Source of the DNA: Eledone cirrhosa | Taxonomy: Eukaryota | Assembly: GCA_964016885.1 (NCBI GenBank) | Contig: OZ024749.1 | Location: 52,080,001 to 52,144,000, forward strand | Direction of reading: 5' to 3' | Length of the DNA: 64,000 bases | Shown: piece by piece, positions 1 through 12,800 of the stretch | How the letters are laid out: the number at the start of each line of letters is the position of its first letter | How positions within the stretch are numbered: position 1 is the first letter of the stretch | Notes under the pieces: generated by a model | Databases searched by the model: none | Told to the model about the DNA's origin: nothing | What the model saw: the letters and a program-made list of their open reading frames with translations, nothing else | Translations under genes and position numbers: made by a program

Positions 1-294
1 ATTGATATGGCTGAATCCCCAAATGAGACCAGTCAAGCTCATCGATGTTATCCAACCATCTTGCATGGGGTAGGTCTGCCCCTGGGTCTCTTGCCGGTTG
101 GTTTGCTTTCCGTAAAATCTGTCCAGCAATTCTTTCCCGAGACATTCTAACCACAAGTCCATAGTATCGAAGCTGTGATCTCTCAATGGCTCTACCTGGA
201 GTGACTCTCTGATCTCTGAGCTATACTCTATCAAGTAACGTTACTTCAAAGAAAGTTAATGAACTAAATATTCAATAACAATAATATTACTTAC

Positions 295-3200
295 ATTACA
301 TGCTGCTCTTAAAGTAAGAGCTATAAGACCATCATTCCATTCCATGGTTAGTTTATTAATTCCTCCATATAGTTCTTCAATGTCAATAGATTTAGGATTT
401 AAGATAAAACAATCAACAGGCCTGTAAAAACTATTTGCTTCTTCAGGTTTATGCAGATTTGTTAAGACATCTTTTAAAACCTGGAACAAAATATTATAAA
501 AATATACATGGCCGGACTTTTACAAAGTGCTGAGGGAATAAAGTTAATATAAAGAATGGTGTGCTCATGCGTGGAGATGCTATAAAATAGGGTGGAGACC
601 CTTAAAGATGGAAAAAGAAATTGCCATGTTGTAAAATTTAAGATTTATAAGTTGTTTAACTCTTTAATTACCATATTTCTTAAGACTCAATTAATTTTGA
701 AAATAGCTAATTAATATAACCAACTTTCTCATTATTAAGCTGGTGTTTGGAACATAACTTAACACAGCTTCTTAGTTAAAATTATGATGGAATGCTTTTA
801 AATAAATATGAGGGTTGGCTGAAAAGTTCATAGGGTGACTATAAATCTTGTGTGCATTAATATCAACTCTTCTTATTAATAACTGCATTGTTTCTTTCCA
901 GGGACAATGTTTAAAAATAAACCTCATTTGGTCATTCCATGAGAGTATCTTGGTTAGACTATGAAATTTTCAGCAGACCCTTGTATTACCATTGTTTTTC
1001 TTTTCTTTTTTTGTTGAAGTTAATGCATGCAAGATTTCACAGCTCTAGCATCCCTTCATAGTCAGCCTATGAACTTCTCAGTTCACCCTCATACAGTGAG
1101 CCCCCCCCTCCCCCATATTTCTTACCTTATATATTGTTGTTTTTCCTCCCCCTGTTGGACCAATCAACATGACACCATGTCGAACCAACATTGTCTTGTA
1201 TAATTCAATAACCTTCTTCACCATGGCATTAACAGGTTCAAGTTTATCTTCTTTCATTACGTTGATTATTTCTGCTTCGAAATCTCCGTAGTCATCAACA
1301 GGAATTTCATTTCCAGGGAATAAGTCTTGAAGAATAGCCTAATAATTGGATATTAAACTGGATATATTTTTATGGTAAAATAATTTTTCAGCTAGAAATT
1401 CAATCATGTGAACAATTAAGAATATAAAAATATTTGCTTAATGATATTGCCTTCCCAATGTATCAAGTGACACCCACAAGGCTGCTTGGTTATTCCGGTA
1501 TCATAGCCTCCTCACTATTATCAATAACAATGCTGTTAGTGTGTTGCACAGTTGCACACAGACAAACACATACAGATAAATACATGCACACATACACAGA
1601 CACATACACACAGACATATACACACATGCATACATGAACACTTCCATAAAATGGTAAAATGCTGTGTAAAATATTTAAAAACAATAAACACATCATAGAA
1701 AACATTAAGTATTAAAAAAAGTACCTCAAAGAGATCTGCATCTTCTTCAAGAAATTTTGGTAAGTTGCTGTCTCTTAAGGATCTTATTAAGAGGATGTTT
1801 TCATTTTGTTTTTTATTTTGTCTTTTAGAAGTTCCAGCCATAACTAAAACAGATTTGATGGCCCTCATTCCAAAGTCATAATGATCCTGCTGTGATAACT
1901 GCTCACTACATAATTTGTACATCTGGGTTATTTTTTGAGCCAACACTTTGGAAGATTGAAAACCTTCCGAGTATAAAATCACTTCAGCAATCAAACCTGA
2001 ATAAATTTGGAAAACAAATTAATGGTTTCTTTATTTGGAAAACAAATTTAATGAAATCATATCAATTAAGACTTTGTTAATTTAAATTTAATTTAAAAAA
2101 AACAAAAACTTTATCAATTCAAATTTAATTAAAATTTTATCAATTCAATCCTTGGTCAGCCTGGAAGCATTCATAGAAGTCGGTGGTAGTGATGTAAAAA
2201 AAATGAGATGAAAGGGGTGCTGGCTATATGCTGCTTGTGAGCGAGGGGTAGAGAGTGAAAGATAGAGGGTGAAGGGTGGAGAGTGAGGGGTGGAGAGTGA
2301 AGGGTGGAGAGTGAGGGGTGGAGAGTAGAGGGGTTAAGGGTGGAGGGTGGGAGGTGGAGAGTGAAGGGTGGAGAGTGAGAGGTGGAGCGCGAAAGGTTAG
2401 AGGATGAAAGATGGAGAGATGGCATCCCACTGTGGGTGAGAAAACGCCATGTAGTGGAGGGTGACTTTGAAACAAGTGTGTGGTGGTGGTGGTGAGGAGA
2501 TTGTCTCTGAGATATCATTTGAATGAAAATATTACTTACAATAATCTGGGACCATCATAGAAATTGGTCTGAAAAGTGCCTTAAGGTTGTCGGGTAGCTC
2601 TGTTCTGCCACCATACCCTGGGTTCATTGTAATAAATGTGGCACAGGAATGGACCAGCTTGATTTCACGGCCTTCAAACATAAACCTGGATAACTACAGC
2701 GAAATACAAACATAGGAAGGTCAGAAAAGTGTGGATAACTACAGTGAAATAGATTTTAACTTTAAACATTTTTTTTTTTTTCTTTAAATTGTTGTTCCTA
2801 TTCAACGTTTGCTAGCTGGGATAGGGTTTAGGTTGGGTTACAGATGTTAGATGGTGGTGGTGGTGGTAATGGTCGTGGTATAGTTGATGATAGTAATGGT
2901 GGGGTTGATAGTGTTGTTGGTTATGGAGATGGTTTTGATGACAGTGGTTGTGGTTGTGATGGTGGTAGTCATAGTTGTGATGGTGGTGATAACAATGGTG
3001 GTGGCATTTATGATGATGATTTAATGTGCAATATGTACTATATCTCAACTTACTCTTTCAGATTTTGCATTTTTAATGGTGACCAACTGTTGAGCAATGA
3101 CAGACAACACTTCGATGTTTATTCTATTAAACTCATCAAAGCAGCACCATGCCCCTGATTGGGCCAACCCAGAAAAAAATCGTCCCATCAACTAAAATTA

Positions 3201-6200
3201 TAAAACAATAGAAATATATTCTTTATGAAGAGTAAATAGGCAAAACTTATATCAGGTTGAACCTACTCAAACCTTCATATTTATTTATCAACTCTCAGAC
3301 ATTACAAACCCCAGTAGGGGGCAGTTGCTAGGAGCAATGGAAAATCATGAATTGTGGAAAGACTCTAAAGTAATTTCTCGTTACAGTTGACAGAATTGGT
3401 AAATTGTCAGATAAAACACAATTGTGGTATTTGTTCTAATTTTTTTTATATTCTGATTTAAAACCCCACTGAGGTTAGCTTTGCCTTTCATCCTTTCAGG
3501 GTTGATAAAATAAAGTAACATACTGGGGTCCATTTAATCGACTTTCCCCTTCTCCCCAAATTGCTGGCCTTGTGCCAAAATCAGAAACCAATAAATTAGT
3601 GAAATTAAGTTACCTTATAATCAAGTCCATCTGAACAATTGAAAACAACACATTGTTTTGCTAAAGATTTAGCCAGATCTTTTGTTGTTTCGGTTTTACC
3701 AGTTCCAGCTGGTCCTAAAGGAGCCCCACCCAGATCAAGTTGGACTGCCCCCATCAAACATATGTAGCAGCGATCCTGGAAAGAAAAAAAGAAAAAAAAA
3801 AAAATGAGTTTTAGTTATTTAACCTTTTCATGACTGCATTTCAATCAATTAATTAATGAAAAATTTCAAGGGATTTACTAAAATTATTAATTATTCATTA
3901 CTAAGATTCTTGTAAGGTTCTTATCTAAAATTATGTTGGAAGATTTTAATTTAAATTGGAAACCTTTAAAATGGGTGGTTTTATTTCATAGAACCAGAGC
4001 TGGTTTTGGTAACAAAAGGGTTAAAATATATTTGATAAATTTCTCAAAACCCCTAAAAAAAACTGCAGCTAAACCCCAGTTATTAACAGTAGAGAATGAC
4101 ACAGTATGACTAATGCAAGTTAAGGTTAAAATAACAAAAATACAGTTGACTTACTGTCAGTGGTGTTATAACAAGTCGTGAAGATGCTCCAAGGTATTCA
4201 TAGCCATAGTTGTATTTAGAGTTACACATGTGGACAACACATGTGTCTTGTTCCATGTCCCAGTAATATCGCAGCTGTTTCTGCCATTCAAAGCAGTTAC
4301 TATCTTTGATCTGGAGGAATTATATTTTAAAGAATATAAAGAATATAATAGAAAAAAAGAAATAAAACAATTTCAAATAATTGTTTCTACTTTTGGCACA
4401 AGGCCAGGAATTATCCCAGTGCATTACTGGTACTTTATTTCATCAACCCTGTAAGGATGAAAGGCAAAGTTAACCTCGGCGGGATTTGAACTCAGACCAT
4501 AAAGGGTCGTAACTCTTTGCTGCAAAGCATTGCGTCCGACTCTCTACCGATACTGCCAATCCCCCAGGGTTAGATTTAGACCTTGGGGGGCCCCTCATAC
4601 GCAAAAAATTAGAATACACAGCAAACCCCCCAATTTTAGATATCAAAGTTAGCTTGGTGCAAGTAACTGGAATTAACAAGTTATTATACAGGTTTAAATT
4701 CAAAAATCCTAACCATCCTAAAACTAAAAAGCCCAGCTGAGGGCACAATTAAATTGTTATGGCCATCGCTGGTGGAGGCCCATTTTACCACCTTGGAAGT
4801 TCATATCACCATACATATTATGTTATGTAATAATGTATTAAAGTAATAATGTATTTTGACTTACTTCTTTTTCAATCAAATTTGACACAATGTCGCGTGC
4901 ATGAACATCTATAGTTATTAGTGCACATAAAGTAGAACGTTCTAGTTTACCCAAGTCACCACTAACAAGTTCTGCAAGTTTGTTCAAATTCTGAAAATAA
5001 TTAAATACAATATACCATGAACCTAATATAACTGTGTAAAATTGCCTCCTATGTTTTGTTTGTTTCATTTATTAACTATATATATATAATATAATAATAA
5101 TAATAATACAAGGACGAATGGTTACTCCTTCATTACGTTTATTGGTTGGTGAGGCGCGTTTCGCTACTGATCAGCTCAAGGTTCGATCTATATTGATCTA
5201 ACCCGACTTCAGTGGTAGTGATGACAGAATGGATATACATATATATTATATAAGTTCTCAACATAAATACATGCTACCTAAGATTTCAAACTCCAACCAG
5301 CATAGGACATAGATATTCTATATCTGCAGAAGATATAGAATATCTATGTCCTATGCTGGTTGGAGTTTGGAGCCTTAGGTAGCATGTATTTATGTTGAGA
5401 ACTTGGCTCTATACAGTTCTTTTTTTCTTGATCTATTTCTTGGAAACTCTTGGCACTATATATATGAACTCAGAATGTAAAATGTGGTTACTAAATACTG
5501 TAAAGTATTCTGTCCACTGCTCTCCCGATATTACCAACCCACCGCCATTTTTCAATTTAAAGATTATAAAATTAATAATTACTTTAAAGCACATTTCTTC
5601 AAATACTTTCATTTTCTCGCTCACATTAGCATCTTCTTTAAGAATATGGGTCAGATTACGACACCATATTATTTGGGAAACAGTTAGTGTCACCTGTAAT
5701 TATATAAATATACACATTAAATATTTATTGATATATTAATTATTTGATGTATTTAATTAAAACAACTTCTGAAATTATGAAATAAAATAAATTACAATAA
5801 ACTGAATTACTGAAATGCTAAGAAAGAGGGATTGTTAAAATGTGAGAGTCCCAAACAAGGAAAATAACTTTAATAAGAGTGAATCACGATAGATAAGTGA
5901 AGGCTCAGTGGTTTGAGGACAGGATTCACAATTGTGAGGTTGCAAGTTCAATTCCTGGACCAGGCAATGCTTTATGTCCTTCAGCAAGACATTTTATTTC
6001 ACATTGCTTCTGTCAGGATTTGCAACCTTAACCACACAGCCATACTTGTACCATAGCTGCAGCATACAGCCATATCTATACCACACAGCCATATCTACAC
6101 TCCACCTACACCACACTTCCCAACCTACACCACACAGCCCCACCTACACCACACAGCCCCACCTACACCACCCTGTCCTACCTACACCACAATGCCCCAC

Positions 6201-9200
6201 CTACACTACACTGATCCACCTACACTACACTGACCCACCTACACTACACTGACCCACCTACACCACAATACCACACCTACACCTATCATATACTTACTTG
6301 TTGAGCATTCACAAGGACCCATTGTTCATAGTCAGAATTATTATATTCCAACATGGCAGCTTTTAATAATTTTCGTATATTAGAAAACATAGCTTCTTCA
6401 ACTTTTCCAAGCCAATCCTCCACATTTCCACGGGATTTCAAACCCTTTCAAAAGATATACAGAGTAAAAAAACAAGTTAGATACATATGTTATGAAGCTG
6501 TTAAAATTAAAAGGATTTACAAATATATATACTGTAAAGTGGTCGTGTAGGTGTCACGATAAAAAGCACCCAGCACACACTGTAAATGAGGTTGGCGCTA
6601 GGAAGGACATCCAGTTGTAGAAACCAAGCCAAAATCGGGTCCGTATGAGCAAGACAGGGTCACCTGACCTAGCATTGATCACAACAGGACAACTTGTCTA
6701 ACCCAAGCCAGTGTGGAAACATGGACGTTAAACAAGGATGATGATGATGATGATGATGACATATATATATAGGGACAATGAGGTAGCATGTATTTGGGTT
6801 TCTGCATCTCAGAGATCATTCACCCACATTGTCTAGATATATATCATAATGGTAGTGATGGTTTATTGACACACAAACACAAAATAGTAATATGAGAACT
6901 GTTAATGAAATAACTCTCACAGAAAAACTTACTTTTCCTAAAGCAATTTTCTCCCCTTCTGGAGATATCATTCCAATAATTTCATTGCTGAATTGAATGG
7001 AAAGTTTTTCTTCTATTTCTACGAAATAAAAAAAAAGAATAAAAAATATAAATTCTATCAATTTATTTTAATGTTTCTTTAAATACATAACAAGGATATC
7101 TTTCAATGCCATCACATCTACTAACTTTATTCTTGATGTCAAATCAAAAGTAAGACGACTTCCAAATTTATAGTCATAATAATAATAAAAATGCAAATAT
7201 ACCCAGTTCATCTACTTTTTCTGTCTCTGGAACTATTTGTTTAAATTCAAGTTTGGCATTGAAACATTTTAGCAGATGTCGTTGTACAGCTTGAACATTT
7301 TTAGTTTGAGATAATATTTCAAGCAGTTCATCATTGGATAAAAAGTAAAATCTAGAAAGAAATAGAAAAAAAAAATTAATAAATAACAGAATTAACAATG
7401 ATTCTGTTAAAATGGTTAGTTTTAGGAAAGATGTTCAGTTATAGAAGGCAGTGAATTGGCAGAGTCATTAAAATGTTGGATAGAATGCTTTGTGGTATTT
7501 GTTTCAGCTCTCTGAGTTCAAATCCCACAAAGGCCAACTTTGCCTTTCATCCTTTTGAGGTCAATAAAACAGTACCAGTCAAGTACTGTGGGCGATTCTT
7601 TATCTATATCTTTTTCTTACTTCCTCTCTTTCACTCTTTCTATCCTTCTCTGGAAGAAATCTGCTGTATTTAAACCTGGAGAGCAAATGGGCTCTGCCAA
7701 GTTTATAGTAATTTCTACTGACTAAATTTATAAATACAAACTAACCTTTGAAACACTATTAAATACAATGTGGTCGGCATTAGGAAAGACATCCAGCTAC
7801 AGAAACCAAGCCAGAGACAGTTCTGTATGAGCAAGACATGGTCATCTGATCTGACTTGTCTCACAACATCAGGACAACTTGTCTAACCCATGCTAGCATG
7901 GAAAATGGACGTTAAATGATGCTGATATCAAATAATTAGGTTACTACTAGTAAATTAATACTATTTTCTAGTGACTAAATTTACAAATCCGTGCTACTAA
8001 CCTTGGAAATACCATTCGTTTGGACTCTAGATATGTCTCTAAACATTTGTGAATTGCATCAAGAAAAGAATTGTTCATTTGAAACGTTTCTAGTAATCCT
8101 AAAATAGAGAAAAGTTATAAAAATAATAATTTCTTTATTATTTATTATTTAATAGTATTACAATCAATATATGAACTTTATATTAAGGTCATCAGTGGTA
8201 CTGCTTGGGTTAATCTGAATTATTTTATTTACATTTTAAATGTTCTTATTATTGATGTCCCATTATGTTCTGCGTTCAAATCCCACCGAGGTTAACTTTG
8301 CCTTTCATCCTTATAGGGTCGATAAAATAAAGTACCAGTAATACACTGAGATTGATTTAATTGACTTTACCCTGCCTTCTCTTCAAAATTGCAGGCCTTG
8401 TACCAATATTAGAAACAATTATTTATCAATAACCAATTACTTCTGCTTACCAGGTTGTGTAATGGCTCTGATTGCGAGAGGAACCTTTTGCACTTTTCTC
8501 ATAATCTCTTTATATGATTTATCTACTTGTCGGAACATACGGTCTTCAGATGGAAGTTGTCGCTGTATGTCTGATGCATTAAAGACACTTTCCAAATATA
8601 ACCAACTTTTTTGACAGATTAACCATTCATCCTAAAATACAGAATCATAAATGAAAAATGTTTGCAATAATAACTGATACAAGGTTTAGATTTTAAAAGA
8701 TATTTTATAAGCAGTGTTTATATTTATTTTGTTTTTATTATTATAGAGCAATCATTCGAGTAGGTGCATGGCCTAGTGGTAAGGCAAGGAATATACAATA
8801 AAAAAAAATGTGATGGTAAAATGTGGGGTGGGGGCGTATATACGCCATCTAAACAATGTGTTGATTAGCTGCTTCAGCTTATAAATGGGGTTTGGATTTT
8901 AGCCCATTTCTCAGACATAAAATGGTGGTGGGGCTTATATTTGAGTATATACAGTATCATCATCATCATCATCGTTTAACGTCCATCTTCCACGCTTACA
9001 TGGGTTTGGACGGGAATTTTCCCACTTGAGGCAAGATTGGTTGTCTTGCTCGTATAGGACTGTCTGGCGGGTTTTCTACGGCTGGATGCCAGTATATATA
9101 AACAAACAAGAAAACAACAAAAGCAACAATAAATTGTTACTTACGAGTGTTTTACCAAAAACTTCTAACTGCCTTTGCCAGTCATCTACCCGAGGTTTGA

Positions 9201-9742
9201 TAGGACCAACATATTTAGAGCTACTAATTGTAGCAATGTTGATATTGCTGTCTTCCCACAGTTGTTGAATATCATCAGTTCCACCTAAGATATACGTATC
9301 CTTGTAGTCCTTATATGGTAAAACTGTCAGTTCCACAGACTTCCATGATTCTTCAATCTGACATTTAAAGAATTGAAAACATAGTTTATTAAATGTACTT
9401 TTTAAGTTCAATGTCTTTAAATCTATCAATCCATGAAAAAACAATATATATATATATATATATTCATCCACTTTTCTAAAAAACAAATCATACACAAAAT
9501 GCCAGCACCAACAGTTTTGCAAGAGATGTCAACATGAATGGACCTATTATTTTTATCTAAAGATTTTTTTTCCAATTCCATCTCGCCCGTCCCCTTAATC
9601 TATTTTATTTCTCGTTCTTTCTTCTGATGAAGGACTAGCGTCCGAAACGTTAAGACCCTCTTCCTGCTATATTAAGCGTTAACATAATATATACCTTCCA
9701 TATACTGTACCGATTGTGTTGTTATTTCTGTTTACCTTTTAC

Positions 9743-9800
<58 letters not shown>

Positions 9801-12800
9801 ATCGACAAGATCCCTGACTTTATTTGTTACTGGATGAGGGGAAACTCGTCAAATTGGGACAAGGAACCAATGTTTCCATTGGTCTTTTCATTGCTGATAC
9901 TATCCATAAACATCACATTTCCATTCTTCTTCTTCTATACATCAGTTACTGGTGCCATGATGAAGTTCCTCCTTCAGCTCTCCCTGCCCAGCATTGTTAT
10001 CTGAATTTTCCCTGCCTCCAATCCAGTGTTATCTTCAAGAACATCAAATGTGATGGCTGGGCAGTATCCCTACTTCTGTACTGACTCGGTCTGTGAAGAC
10101 CGATCCAATTCTTGATAGCAGAGAAAACAGATGTTAAATGACAATGTTGATAATGGTGATGATAACTTACCTTTTTCAGGATCAATTCCAGGTTGTATTC
10201 TGCACTTGCTTGGCTGGATATTTCTTCAAACATTTCAGCATGTTGGTACGCATTTATCTCTATTAGTTTATGTAAACTTAACTCTGCTCCATCTTGGAGT
10301 TTGCAGTCCACAACGTTTTCTATCTTTTCCCAGTGGCGAGGTTTTAAATTACTATTTCTCAAATGAGTAACAATTGGCAACTGAAAAATAGAAATTTATT
10401 TTTAAAATCACTAATTAATTTAATTTATCATGCAAGCATAGAAAAATGGACATGATGATGATGATGACTTTGAACAAAATAGTGAAAATATATTCATCAC
10501 AATAATATTTGGTGTAGAGTTACTAAATCTGAAACAGTTCAATATCCCAACATATCCACATCCTTTATTTGCTTTCTTAGAACATATTCTCTCAGTAAGC
10601 CGCCATTCTATCTATCGCTTTCTTCACATATTATATATCTTCAATGAATTGTTTTCAAAACCTCTCCAGCTATTTCTTTTTATTAATTCTCAATATTTAT
10701 CCACTTAACTTAAATGTTCTTACATAAAGTTATGATGTAATGCTTTTAGACAAATATAAACACCTTAAAACAAAGTTTTGTATTGTAGAATGAAGGGCAG
10801 TTTCAGGCAGTTTGATATCAAAAGGTTTAAGGTCTATCTTCATTAAAATCATGAAAACAAAAAAAAACAGTATTTGAAAAATATGTTTTAACCTTTTCTT
10901 TAATATCTTCGACATTGCTCCTTAGCATCGGCACAACAGTATTTGGAGGGAGGCCTTTCTCTAACATAGTAACAGTTTTCAGGTACCTCGCTGTTGTGGA
11001 AATCATTAGTTCAGGATCTAAGGTTTCAAATAATGCCTAGAAAGAAATATAACATTTTCAGTAATGGATATTATTAATAAATAATATTGTATTTTGGGAG
11101 GGGTATATTGCCAATTTAAAACACATACACTGCTTGCTATTTCATTTCACTTTTATTAATCAATTTGTTCATTAATCAGTTGACAAATTGGTTTGTCAAG
11201 TTCTTTTCTCACACCTTATGACCTTATCAATGACCCTTCTTTATACTTAGTTCATTTCATATGTCATATTAGAATGTACAGTCATTAATAAGGTCAGAGA
11301 CGGCAGTAATCAGTAGAGCGTCAGACAACATGCTTTATTTTATACACACACAAATATATATATATATATACTGAGAATGCTTGAATCTATAAACTTAGTG
11401 GAAGTTAGAATGAAGAACAATCATAATTTTCCAAACTAAAATATTACTACTCACATTTTTCCATGTTTCAACATAGTTTTCCCAATCATCAAAAGACCTC
11501 CACAAAAGATCTTTCATTTTCAGTTCGGTATAGACTTCTTCTAATTCTTCAAATTTTGTGACTTCAATCTAGAATTTAGAAAGAGTTTGTAACATATTTT
11601 GAATATTTAGTTGAAGTAAGAATGGTGGAGTAGCAGATAAAATGACAGTGTCGTATTTATATTTGTTTTAATGGAGGTGTGTGGCTTAGTGGTAAGGGTG
11701 TTGGACATATGATAATAATGTCATGGGTTCGATACTTGGACTGGGTTATGTGTTGTGTTCTTGAGCAAAACACTTCATTTCATGTTGCTCCAATGATAAG
11801 GGTGTTGGGCTTATTTTCTGCTAGCCCTCTCTCTCCTTTTCTTTCTTTCTCTCTCTCTTTCTCACACACACCTTTATTTATATTTCATTTCAAAGTGATT
11901 ATTTAAAATTTACTTACATTAAAGTCTTTCTGATAAGACTTATAAACTGATGATTTATTCTGCAATGAGGCCATCTTTGCCAATAGTTTTTTCAACGTAC
12001 TTTTAACTTTTTCTTTATCAGATTCAACATTCAATAACATCTGATCCTGAAAAAGATTAATTAAAAATAGATACAAAACCCAGGGATTTTTGATAAGAGT
12101 GGGACCAAATGGTAAGGCTTCTTGTAGGGATTTTTAGTGAAAGGTGGTGTGTCTGTGAACTCATGCAAAACCCAGGGTTTTCTGGTCAGAGTGGGGCCAA
12201 ATGATAAGGCCTCTTTCCTTGTAGGGATTTGAAGTGAGAGGTGGTGTATCTGTGAACTCGTTCAAAACCCTGGAATTTCTGGTCAGAGTTTTTTGTGGAG
12301 TGAGTATGGTTTGTGTATTTACACAGCTAAACAACAGACTTTTCAAAGAAGACCAGCAAAGTAAGAAATTCTATGTTCCCACCTCCTAATTCCTTTTCTA
12401 CATCAGTGTCATCTGAGATTTTGTGCTTTCTGATACCAACTAAGTAAATATTTTATATATCATTTTAATATGTGAGCATCACAAATGCAGAAAATACCTG
12501 AAATAACAGTTGACCACTATAGATAATAGCTGAGAAATTTAAGTATATTACCCTTAGAGGCAGAAAGAAGTGGACAGAGGTGGCAACTATGACAGAAAAA
12601 GAAGAAATGTATGTTTTACCATTGCTATTTTTTTGGTTTCTTTAACTTCTTTATTTAGTTCACTAATATCTTCATCAATGTGATTGGAAAGATTATTCAG
12701 ATTGCTGTCTCGATCTGCTAAAGATTTATCAATTGAATTCCTCACAGTATTTATAGATGGCAAGAGAGTCTAGAAAATAAACAGATATGATCATTAATTT

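Noticed and set aside
2812-3158. His-rich and Gly/Asp-rich ORFs on opposite strands
   Set aside because: They are translations of a degenerate (GGT/GAT)n intronic microsatellite between two dynein exons, with no splice or promoter support, unlike 33643-33840
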